DNA of 34,779 nucleotides from Bacteroidales bacterium (lineage in GTDB: Bacteria; Bacteroidota; Bacteroidia; Bacteroidales; WCHB1-69). Where the stretch lies: contig DUOL01000072.1 in assembly GCA_012838875.1 (NCBI GenBank), forward strand, positions 1-34,779. Direction: 5' to 3'. Made by a program: the position numbers and the translations under genes. A model generated the notes under the pieces. It searched no databases. It was not told the origin of the DNA and saw only the letters and a list, made by a program, of their open reading frames with translations. Positions 10,479 through 18,503 of this stretch are shown here, piece by piece; positions within the stretch are counted from its first letter, which is position 1; each line of letters opens with the position of its first letter.

Positions 10479-10541
10479 GAAAGCAAAAATTAATAAATAT
10501 AAATGGACAATTGACAAAGACCAATTGCAAAAAAAAGAAAA

Positions 10542-10856
10542 ATGAAAATACATATTAAAAAAGGTGATATCGTAAAAGTAATAGCCGGTAATTCAAAAGG
10601 ATTACAAGGTAAGGTACTGAAAGTGGATAAAGATAAGTATAGAGCTTTAGTAGAAGGTATGAACCTCATACAAAAACATACGAAAGCTAATGCTAAAAAT
10701 CCACATGGTGGCATTATTAAAAAAGAAGCCCCTATTCATCTCTCAAATTTGATGGTTGTAGATTCTAAAGGAAATGCAACCCGAATTGGCAGAAGATTAG
10801 GCGAAAAAGGTAAATTAGTTAGATATTCTAAAAAAACAGGAGAGGAGATTAAATAA
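10542..10856 (+). CDS. rplX: 50S ribosomal protein L24 (uL24)
   Basis: 104 aa; [18 protein letters not shown] motif. Confidence 0.96.
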   Translation: MKIHIKKGDIVKVIAGNSKGLQGKVLKVDKDKYRALVEGMNLIQKHTKANAKNPHGGIIKKEAPIHLSNLMVVDSKGNATRIGRRLGEKGKLVRYSKKTGEEIK

Positions 10857-11410
10857 TGTACACACCAAGATTTAAAGAGAAATATTTAAAAGAAATCGTT
10901 CCCGCTTTAAAGGAACAATTTGGTTTTACTTCCGTAATGAGAGTACCGAAAATTACCAAAATTTGTCTAAACCAAGGACTTGGTAAATATGGAATCGCCG
11001 ATAAAAAACTCCTCGATGTCGGAGTGGAAGAGATGACAATGATTGCAGGGCAAAAAGCTGTTCAGACAAAGTCTAAAAAAGACATCTCGAACTTTAAATT
11101 AAGACGCGGCATGCCTATCGGCGTTCGAGTAACGTTACGCGGCGAAAGAATGTACGAATTTCTCGATAGATTAGTATCGGTTTCCATTCCTCGTATTCGC
11201 GACTTTAGAGGTATTAGCGATAAAGGATTTGACGGTCGTGGAAATTATACGTTAGGTGTTCCCGAACAGATTATCTTCCCCGAAATTGATATCGACAAAG
11301 TGGCAAAAATTAACGGAATGGATATCACATTCGTTACTACCGCCCGAAACGACAAAGAGTGCTTAGCACTATTAAAAGAATTTGGATTACCGTTTAAAAA
11401 TCAAAAATAG
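10856..11410 (+). CDS. rplE: 50S ribosomal protein L5 (uL5)
   Basis: 184 aa. The ATG overlaps the rplX stop (taATG). Contains IPRIRDFRG. Confidence 0.97.
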   Translation: MYTPRFKEKYLKEIVPALKEQFGFTSVMRVPKITKICLNQGLGKYGIADKKLLDVGVEEMTMIAGQKAVQTKSKKDISNFKLRRGMPIGVRVTLRGERMYEFLDRLVSVSIPRIRDFRGISDKGFDGRGNYTLGVPEQIIFPEIDIDKVAKINGMDITFVTTARNDKECLALLKEFGLPFKNQK

Positions 11411-11413
11411 AAT

Positions 11414-11719
11414 ATGGCAAAAGAATCATTGAAAGCAAAAGAGGTAAAAAGAGCACGTTTAGTGGCTAAATATGCCGCAAAACGGACTGAATTAAAGAAG
11501 ATTATTAACAGCAATGATAATGATTATGAAGCAAAACAAGCGGCTATTATTGCTTTGCAAAAATTGCCACCCAATTCTAACCCGATTAGAATGCATAATC
11601 GCTGTAAATTAACGGGACGTCCAAAAGGATATATACGTCAGTTTGGCATTTCTCGTATTAATTTTAGAGAAATGGCTTTAGCAGGGCTTATTCCCGGAGT
11701 AAAAAAAACAAGTTGGTAA
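11414..11719 (+). CDS. rpsN: 30S ribosomal protein S14 (uS14, long non-zinc form)
   Basis: 101 aa; C-terminal [26 protein letters not shown]. Confidence 0.95.
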   Translation: MAKESLKAKEVKRARLVAKYAAKRTELKKIINSNDNDYEAKQAAIIALQKLPPNSNPIRMHNRCKLTGRPKGYIRQFGISRINFREMALAGLIPGVKKTSW

Positions 11720-11743
11720 TATTTTAAAAAGAAGTAGAGAATT

Positions 11744-12142
11744 ATGAATACCGATCCGATTTCAGATTATTTAACAAGAATAAGAAATGCCATTATGGCA
11801 AATCATAAAGTTGTAGAGATTCCAACCTCAAAAATCAAAAAAGAGATTACCAAAATTTTGTTTGAGAAAGGTTATATCTTAAATTATAAATTTATTGACG
11901 ATACCCACCCCGGCACTATCAAAATCGCTCTAAAATATCACCCCGTTACTAAATTGTCTGCTATTAATAAATTGCAACGTGTTAGTAAACCGGGACTGCG
12001 TAAATATGTGAATGTTGAACAAATGCCTTCCGTGTTAAATGGGTTGGGCATTGCCATTATTTCTACATCACGTGGCATGATGACCGATAAAGAGGCTAAA
12101 GCGCAAAACGTTGGTGGAGAAGTTTTATGTTACATTAGTTAA
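11744..12142 (+). CDS. rpsH: 30S ribosomal protein S8 (uS8)
   Basis: 132 aa, starts [16 protein letters not shown]. Confidence 0.97.
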   Translation: MNTDPISDYLTRIRNAIMANHKVVEIPTSKIKKEITKILFEKGYILNYKFIDDTHPGTIKIALKYHPVTKLSAINKLQRVSKPGLRKYVNVEQMPSVLNGLGIAIISTSRGMMTDKEAKAQNVGGEVLCYIS

Positions 12143-12160
12143 AAATAAGGAGAGAGAGAT

Positions 12161-12718
12161 ATGTCAAGAATTGGAAAATTGCCAATCACGCTCCCTAAAG
12201 GAGTCGAAATTTCAAGAGATGAAAAAACAAATATTGTTACCGTTAAAGGTTCTCTTGGCGAACTAAAACAGTATGTTGACGGGGCTATTAACTATACAAT
12301 CGAAGATGGTCATGTAGTTTTAACAAGAGCGACCGAACAAAAAAGACACAAAGCCTTACATGGGCTATACAGATCGCTGCTTGCCAATATGATAAAAGGA
12401 GTTTCCGAAGGTTTTGAAGTTAAACAAGAACTTGTCGGTGTCGGATACAAAGCTGAAGCTAAAGGGCAACAATTAGAACTTTCATTAGGCTACTCACACA
12501 ATATTCTTTTTGAACTACCTCAAGAGGTAAAAGTAGAAACCATTACGGAAAAAGGGAAAAATCCTATTATTGTGCTTAAAGGAACCGACAAACAACTCTT
12601 AGGACATATTGCAAGTAAAATTCGTTCCTATAGAAAACCTGAACCTTACAAAGGAAAAGGTATCCGCTTTGTTGGAGAAGAAGTTAGAAGAAAAACAGGT
12701 AAAACAGCTGAAAAATAA
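12161..12718 (+). CDS. rplF: 50S ribosomal protein L6 (uL6)
   Basis: 185 aa, starts MSRIGKLPITLPKGVE. Confidence 0.97.
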   Translation: MSRIGKLPITLPKGVEISRDEKTNIVTVKGSLGELKQYVDGAINYTIEDGHVVLTRATEQKRHKALHGLYRSLLANMIKGVSEGFEVKQELVGVGYKAEAKGQQLELSLGYSHNILFELPQEVKVETITEKGKNPIIVLKGTDKQLLGHIASKIRSYRKPEPYKGKGIRFVGEEVRRKTGKTAEK

Positions 12719-12736
12719 TAAAAAGGAGATACGAAA

Positions 12737-13096
12737 ATGGCTTATAATCAAAAAGAATATAGAAGAAAACGAATCAAACAAAGAATTCGTAAAATTGTTA
12801 ACGGTACGCCGGAACGCCCGAGAATGTCCGTCTTTAGAAGTAATCACGATATTTACGTTCAGCTTATTGATGATATCGCAGGGCACACCCTATTGTCCGC
12901 CTCTTCTGCTATTCCCGAAATACAAGAACAGAAAATTACAAAAACAGAAAAATCTGCTCTCGTAGGGAAATTAATCGCACAAAAAGCAAAAGAAGCCGGC
13001 ATCGAAAAAGTTACATTCGACCGTAACGGCTATTTATATCATGGTAGAGTTAAATCTTTGGCAGAAGCAGCTAGAGAAGGTGGTTTAATTTTCTAA
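12737..13096 (+). CDS. rplR: 50S ribosomal protein L18 (uL18)
   Basis: 119 aa; [20 protein letters not shown] and [13 protein letters not shown]. Confidence 0.96.
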   Translation: MAYNQKEYRRKRIKQRIRKIVNGTPERPRMSVFRSNHDIYVQLIDDIAGHTLLSASSAIPEIQEQKITKTEKSALVGKLIAQKAKEAGIEKVTFDRNGYLYHGRVKSLAEAAREGGLIF

Positions 13097-13106
13097 GAAA
13101 AAAAAT

Positions 13107-13625
13107 ATGACAAATATTAATATGCAACGAGTAAAATCAGCCGAAATTGAATTTAAAGACAGATTAGTAGCTGTTAACAGAGTAACAAAAGTAACAAAAG
13201 GGGGACGTACGTTCAGTTTCTCCGCTATTGTCGTAGTGGGTAACGAAAATGGCGTAGTAGGTTACGGCTTAGGAAAAGCAAAAGAAGTTTCAGCAGCGAT
13301 ACAAAAAGGAATTGACGATGCAAAAAAGAACCTTATTCGCGTTCCTATTCTTAAAGGCACCCTTCCGCACGCTCAGGAAGGAAAATATAGCGGTGCGTCC
13401 GTCTTTATGAAACCTGCCGCTCCCGGTACAGGAGTTATTGCCGGTGGTGCTATGCGTGCCGTTTTGGAAAGTGTCGGCATTAAAGACGTTCTCGCTAAAT
13501 CTAAAGGAGCTTCCAATCCTCATAGCGTAGTAAAAGCTACCATCAGAGCTTTGGCACAAATTCGCGACCCCTACGCCGTGGCACAAGTTAGGGGTATCCC
13601 TCTCGAAAAAGTTTTTAACGGCTAA
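13107..13625 (+). CDS. rpsE: 30S ribosomal protein S5 (uS5)
   Basis: 172 aa; [24 protein letters not shown]. Confidence 0.97.
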   Translation: MTNINMQRVKSAEIEFKDRLVAVNRVTKVTKGGRTFSFSAIVVVGNENGVVGYGLGKAKEVSAAIQKGIDDAKKNLIRVPILKGTLPHAQEGKYSGASVFMKPAAPGTGVIAGGAMRAVLESVGIKDVLAKSKGASNPHSVVKATIRALAQIRDPYAVAQVRGIPLEKVFNG

Positions 13626-13671
13626 GAATTTATTGCAAAACCTCTATTTTAGAATAAAATATAGCATAAGG

Positions 13672-13708
13672 ACAAGGATTAGCATAAAACTAATCCTTGT
13701 TTTATTTT
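13672..13708 (+). terminator. rho-independent terminator after rpsE
   Basis: Perfect 11-bp stem acaaggattag/ctaatccttgt, 7-nt loop, then tttatttt. Confidence 0.8.
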
Positions 13709-13783
13709 ACGTGGGGTTAAGTAATATCTGAAGTCCTCGACAAATATCTTCTGTTAGGATAAAAATATTTTTATTTTTCTTTT

Positions 13784-13963
13784 GGGCGTGCCCCCTCGCT
13801 ATGCTCGGGGTCGGCGCCCGGTTCCAAGTCCGCGGGCACAAGCCGTGGGGACGCAAAGCGGCAAAAAGAGCTTACAAGCTCGCTTTTTTGCCGCAGCGTC
13901 CCCAACGGCTTCCGCCCTTGCGGGCTTTCCACCTAAGCGCCTCACGCAACCAACTTACTCATG
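13784..13963 (-). repeat. GC-rich imperfect-palindrome repeat, copy B (reverse orientation)
   Basis: 13784-13898 is the near-exact reverse complement of 1-115. The core ends at ...cctcacgc (13947). A further 16 nt (13948-13963) still match the inner flank of copy C at 12/16 positions. Confidence 0.9.
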
Positions 13964-14121
13964 CAGAAATATTAAACTTTGAGCTTTACACGCTTTTTGG
14001 AATAGTATCCGAAAAACTTGTAGAACACAGTGTCCTCTTGTGCCCTCCCAAGTTGTTGTACTACAAGAAAAACGTAATTTGGGGTATGAAACATGAGTTA
14101 GGACTTCACGTTTAAAATTTT

Positions 14122-14327
14122 TTAAAAAACTATTTGACTTTCCTTATCTTGTTTGGGATGTAACGAACGAGGTATCAATTTTCCCAACCATGTCGTTTTA
14201 ATAGTCTGTAAATAGTTGTTTTATGGACTTTCTTTCCATCTAATTTTTCAAAATCCTCTTGTATCTCATGAATCGTAACCAACTCCCCTTTTTCTAAACG
14301 AGAAATATACGAATTAATAAAATCCAT
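14122..14327 (-). pseudogene. IS630-family-like transposase N-terminal remnant (winged-HTH segment, frameshifted and truncated)
   Basis: A 50-aa ORF at 14175-14327 (below the track cutoff) reads MDFINSYISRLEKGELVTIHEIQEDFEKLDGKKVHKTTIYRLLKRHGWEN. After a +1 shift it continues ...KLIPRSLHPKQDKESQIVF*. The pattern xxTIYRLLKRxGW..k.pr..hpkqd..sq resembles the winged-HTH part of IS630/Tc1-type transposases. No DDE domain follows. Confidence 0.55.
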
Positions 14328-14350
14328 TTCTTATAGCCTGTGTAACACTG

Positions 14351-15031
14351 CTATCTTTTCTTTATTTCGTAATACCGTTTGTAATTTTCAATTTGTTTGA
14401 AAAAGTTTTCAGGGGACAATTTTTCTGTTATTAGTTTTGCAAATTGCTTTCCAAACCCTCTTTCCAAATTTGTTTTAATTACTTTGCCTGTTTTTTCGTC
14501 GATATTAACTAAAAATATACAAAGTTCATTGGGTCGGTGTGCTTGCGGAACGTCATAAATAAGTTTCAAATATTTTGTAATGTCTTTTTCATTGATAACT
14601 TCTATTTTTGAGGGCGTTACAGGATCGTTTTTCTTATAATACGGTGTTTGATAACGCATTATAATAATGTGTGCGTATGGAATTTGTTTTGCCTGTATGT
14701 TAGCGGTTTCGCCCATCATATTCTCAAAATAATTGTTAGCATTTTGCTTGTAATTGCTAGTTATAAACTTTATCCCCAAACAAAAGACTGGCGTTCCACC
14801 TTTCAGAACAGCAATATCAACATCTTTCGGATAATACTTTCCTTCAATTGTTGCTTCTTTTGAGCTTTCACTTAGATAGTGAATCTCGTACTTTTTACCC
14901 CATATCTCTTTGAGCGTATCTGCCATAAATTTATGAATTGGAAGAAGTTTTTGGGTACTTCTTGCTCCGTATTCTTTATATTTTTCAAATGAGTTTTTTA
15001 TGGCTTGTATTATTTTTTTTTCTTGGTACAT
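14351..15031 (-). CDS. putative type II restriction endonuclease (PD-(D/E)XK-like), partner of the adjacent methyltransferase
   Basis: 226 aa from the ATG at 15031; the track starts 2 codons earlier at TTG 15037. Candidate nuclease core is PKDVDIAVLKGGTPVFCLGIKF (D...x-K). It starts 2 nt after the methyltransferase TGA. I did not recognise a named REase family. Confidence 0.6.
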   Translation of the reverse strand: MYQEKKIIQAIKNSFEKYKEYGARSTQKLLPIHKFMADTLKEIWGKKYEIHYLSESSKEATIEGKYYPKDVDIAVLKGGTPVFCLGIKFITSNYKQNANNYFENMMGETANIQAKQIPYAHIIIMRYQTPYYKKNDPVTPSKIEVINEKDITKYLKLIYDVPQAHRPNELCIFLVNIDEKTGKVIKTNLERGFGKQFAKLITEKLSPENFFKQIENYKRYYEIKKR

Positions 15032-15033
15032 AC

Positions 15034-16536
15034 TCAAAATAATGTTAATGGATTTTTATAATTTATTTTAAATTCTTTTATCTGCTTGGATGTTATAGAC
15101 TTATAACCGCCTGAAAAATCTTTACTTGTCAAGCGGATATATTTATAAAACTCTTCGGATTGCAACGTATTTTCAATAATTCGCCATTCTGAATGTGGAT
15201 TTTTTTTAATAATAAATAACCCTGAATACATAAGTACATCTTTTGGCAACTTATAAAATTCAATACCATCATTGACGAGTGTACTTAATACAATTTTCTC
15301 ATTATGAATTGATTGCACTCCTTGACTTCGCCCGTATTCGTACCACAAAGCACCTTTATCAATGTCTCTATTTTCCAATTCAGTCCTATTTTTTAGAAAA
15401 TAATTATAGCAATTTGGATAATTTGTTTTCATTTTATCTTCTGGAATAACGTAATACCTACCTTTTATCAATTCATAGGGAAAGATAATTTTGATGTTTG
15501 CATCAATTACTCCTTTAAAACGCGACCCTTTTACAACGGTTTTTAATATACTTTTTTCAATCAATTCATTGTTAAACCACACAAGATTTTTGTTGTCTGA
15601 TTGCGTAATTTTCGCAATAAACACTTTATCTCTCAACGTAGCAAAACCATACTGAACATCAAAAAAATCTTTGATTGCTGAGTTTCTTCCGTTGTTTAAA
15701 TCGTTGAGAAAAACCGTATTCTCATTGTTTGAGAAAGACCAATCTTTGCTATTTAACTCACTGTATTTCACATTATTTACAAAAATAATTTTGTCGTTTT
15801 CTAATTCTTTGTATGTAAAAAAATCTTTATTGTAATTTTTCTGAAATACTGAAATAGCTGTGTATGTGGAAAATCCTTTGAAAAGTTTATTTGCTTTGAA
15901 ATCGATGAGAGTATGTACAGTTTTTTCGCGTTTCAGGAATTCTCTAAATTTCTTATACGAAGAATTGTGAAGATAACTATTTGGGGTAATATACCCTAAC
16001 AAACCACTAGTTTTTAACATTTTAAGCCCCATTTCAAAAAACGAAAGATAAATATCAATCGTGCCTTCCGAAAACTGAAAATCATTTTTCAGAGTTTCCC
16101 TTGTTTCCAAATCTAAGTTGTGTATTCGTATGTAAGGCGGATTGCCAACAACAAAATCAAATTTTGAAATATTGTTTTTATAGAAATCTAATGTATTGGT
16201 ATTTAATATGTTCCAATTTATTTTAGGGAGTTGGAATTCGTTTTTGAGTAATGTATTTAAGTTTTCAATGCATTTAGCATATTCTTTTTCATCTATCTCT
16301 ACACCAACTATATACGTTTCAATATCTAAAATTATTTGTTTGTCGTCTGCCTGATTTTCTCTTGCAATTTTTATATATCGTCTGACAATTTCGGTCAAAA
16401 ATGCTCCATCACCACAAGACGGCTCTAGGATATATTTCTTCAAAATATCTTTGCCATTATAGCCTACAATATCTAATATTTCGCAGACAATCCATTGTGG
16501 TGTATAAACTTGTCCTAGTGTTTTGTGTTTCGACAT
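15034..16536 (-). CDS. gamma-class N6-adenine DNA methyltransferase (TaqI/Eco57I-like with C-terminal target-recognition domain)
   Basis: GQVYTP near the N-terminus, motif I EPSCGDGAF, motif IV GNPPY, and a long C-terminal TRD-like region. I place the start at ATG 16536 (MSKHKTLGQVYTP) because a TATATTTG promoter box lies inside the longer track ORF. It is the only CDS in the window that ends in TGA. Confidence 0.9.
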   Translation of the reverse strand: MSKHKTLGQVYTPQWIVCEILDIVGYNGKDILKKYILEPSCGDGAFLTEIVRRYIKIARENQADDKQIILDIETYIVGVEIDEKEYAKCIENLNTLLKNEFQLPKINWNILNTNTLDFYKNNISKFDFVVGNPPYIRIHNLDLETRETLKNDFQFSEGTIDIYLSFFEMGLKMLKTSGLLGYITPNSYLHNSSYKKFREFLKREKTVHTLIDFKANKLFKGFSTYTAISVFQKNYNKDFFTYKELENDKIIFVNNVKYSELNSKDWSFSNNENTVFLNDLNNGRNSAIKDFFDVQYGFATLRDKVFIAKITQSDNKNLVWFNNELIEKSILKTVVKGSRFKGVIDANIKIIFPYELIKGRYYVIPEDKMKTNYPNCYNYFLKNRTELENRDIDKGALWYEYGRSQGVQSIHNEKIVLSTLVNDGIEFYKLPKDVLMYSGLFIIKKNPHSEWRIIENTLQSEEFYKYIRLTSKDFSGGYKSITSKQIKEFKINYKNPLTLF

Positions 16537-16565
16537 CGTACTTTTTCTTTCTATATTCTGTCTTG

Positions 16566-16573
16566 CAAATATA
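16566..16573 (-). promoter_or_regulatory. Bacteroidota -7 promoter box (TATATTTG) for the M-R operon
   Basis: Reverse complement of caaatata, 30 nt upstream of ATG 16536. Confidence 0.55.
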
Positions 16574-16858
16574 ATACTTTTTTTTGCCAACATTCTTCTT
16601 TTCGCAGCATTGCGTGCAACGGTTCGGGCATTTTACGAAATGATTTGCACTCAACAGCTGATTTATGCAACAAAGATACACATAAAAATAAAATTTTCAA
16701 TTCAATGATTTTAGCTTTTTTATCATTAGGTTACTTTGTATTGTAACTACCTTATAATTAGTGATATAAATTGGCATATTTTATAATTGCTTTAAAGTCA
16801 AGAGTTTTGAATTTTCAATTTGCACTTCTTAATATTTTCTCTTTCCTAAAATCCTTTG

Positions 16859-17040
16859 TACGAGCAAGTTGGCTGCGTGAGGGCGCAGGCGGAAAGCCCG
16901 TAAGGGCGGCAGCCGCTGGGGACGCGGCCGCAAAAAAGCGACTTTAGAAGCTCTTTTTGCCGCCTTGCGACCCCACGGCTACCGCCCGCGGACTTGTAGC
17001 CGAAGACCGACCCGTGAGCGCTAGCGAACGGGGCACGCCC
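16859..17040 (+). repeat. GC-rich imperfect-palindrome repeat, copy C (forward orientation)
   Basis: Core 16875-17040 runs gcgtgagggcgc...ggggcacgccc. It is collinear with copy E, with a variant central loop (gcgactttagaagc) and variant arm segments. Followed by the tail aaaagaaaaata, shared with copy B. Confidence 0.9.
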
Positions 17041-17259
17041 AAAAGAAAAATATGATTTTTATAATGCTTTTACCTTTTTTTATAATTTTAAGTATGGTAA
17101 TTCTGCTATTTTTTTACTACTTTTGTATCCGTTTTGATAAAGAAATATGCGAATGAATAAAATTTCGATATTTGTCGTAAAACGCTTTAAAAATGCACCT
17201 TTATATGCTAAAACTGCAGAAAAGACTTATTTTTATTTATACAAACAATTTCACTAATA

Positions 17260-18486
17260 ATGACTGAATCCCCTATTTTTACCCCTTGCCAAATCGGTCC
17301 TGTAACATTACGCAATCGCACCATAAGAGCTTCGGCTTTTGAGAATATGTGCGTGAATAATGAGCCTGCAAAAGAGTTGTTCGATTATCACCTTGCGGTT
17401 GCAAAAGGCGGAATCGGAATGACTAACGTTGCATACGCGGCAGTCAATAAAAGCGGTTTATCTTTCAATGGACAATTATGGATGCGGGAAGAGATTGTTC
17501 CGGCATTGAAAGAATTAACCGATGCGATACATGCCGAGGGAGCTAAAGTAGCAATCCAGCTTGGGCATTGCGGAAATATGACACATTTTTATACCTGCGG
17601 GCAAATTCCTGTGGGTGCGTCAACAGGCTTTAATTTATACTCTCCCACAATTGTACGTGCACTGAAAGAAAAAGAGATTGAGCAGTTTGCTAAGGATTTT
17701 GGACATGCGGTTAATTTGTCTCGAAAAGCGGGCTTTGACGGAGTAGAAATTCATGCCGGACACGGCTACCTAATCAGTCAATTTCTTTCTCCCTATACGA
17801 ACAAACGAAAAGATAAGTACGGCGGGAGTTTGGAGAATAGAATGCGTTTTATGCGCATGGTGATGAAAGAGGTAATGGAAGCGGCGGGCGATGATATAGC
17901 GGTAATGGTTAAAGTGAATATGTATGACGGCTTTAAATCCGGAATGCAAATTGACGAGTGTATTGAGGTTGCCAAAGAATTAGAACGACTTGGAGCTCAC
18001 GCCTTAGTGCTAAGCGCCGGATTTGTGAGTAAAGCACCTATGGCAGTGATGCGTGGAGCAATGCCCCTTAAAACATTAGCACACTACATGAGCTGGGCTA
18101 AGTTTTGGTGGCTGCGTCTTGGCTTAAAATTAGTCGGCAAATGGATGATTCCGCCAGTTCCGTTTGAAGAAGCGTTCTTCCTTGAAGATGCTAAAAAATT
18201 TAGAAAAGCACTCTCCTTGCCTTTAATATATGTGGGCGGTTTGATAGATAGAAAAAAAATAGAAGAGGTGTTAGGAGAAGGCTTCGTAGCAGTGCAAATG
18301 GCTCGTGCTTTGATTAACGACCCCGCCTTTGTCAATAAAATGAAAGCGGGCGAAGATAGAAACGGTTGTAAACACTCAAACTATTGCATCGGACGTATGT
18401 ATACGCTTGACATGCAATGTCATTGCCACGTTGAAAATCTACCTAAAAAATTACAACTTGAAATAGAAAAAGCAGAAAATTCGTAA
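17260..18486 (+). CDS. NADH:flavin oxidoreductase (Old Yellow Enzyme family)
   Basis: 408 aa; TIM-barrel OYE signature GFDGVEIHAGHGYLISQFLSP; Cys-rich C-terminus. Confidence 0.85.
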   Translation: MTESPIFTPCQIGPVTLRNRTIRASAFENMCVNNEPAKELFDYHLAVAKGGIGMTNVAYAAVNKSGLSFNGQLWMREEIVPALKELTDAIHAEGAKVAIQLGHCGNMTHFYTCGQIPVGASTGFNLYSPTIVRALKEKEIEQFAKDFGHAVNLSRKAGFDGVEIHAGHGYLISQFLSPYTNKRKDKYGGSLENRMRFMRMVMKEVMEAAGDDIAVMVKVNMYDGFKSGMQIDECIEVAKELERLGAHALVLSAGFVSKAPMAVMRGAMPLKTLAHYMSWAKFWWLRLGLKLVGKWMIPPVPFEEAFFLEDAKKFRKALSLPLIYVGGLIDRKKIEEVLGEGFVAVQMARALINDPAFVNKMKAGEDRNGCKHSNYCIGRMYTLDMQCHCHVENLPKKLQLEIEKAENS

Positions 18487-18503
18487 TAATTATAATAAAA
18501 ACA

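Noticed and set aside
13784-13947. GC-rich repeats acting as canonical intrinsic terminators
   Set aside because: In neither orientation is the hairpin followed by a T-run. One side carries aaaagaaaa or taat.aaaa and the other carries mixed sequence. Genuine terminators with T-tracts are present separately, for example at 13672-13708.
13782-14115. ORFs of 66 aa (13782-13982) and 104 aa (13801-14115) lying inside GC-rich repeat copy B
   Set aside because: They exist only because the GC-rich repeat lacks AT-rich stop codons. The 66-aa ORF starts at a TTG. The equivalent frame in copy C hits a taa in the variant central loop. Variation between copies follows hairpin complementarity rather than codon positions.
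16537-16593. 19-codon N-terminal extension of the methyltransferase ORF (MLAKKSIIFARQNIERKST)
   Set aside because: A TATATTTG -7 promoter box (16566-16573) lies inside it, and the conserved GQVYTP motif follows closely after ATG 16536. The shorter start is therefore preferred.
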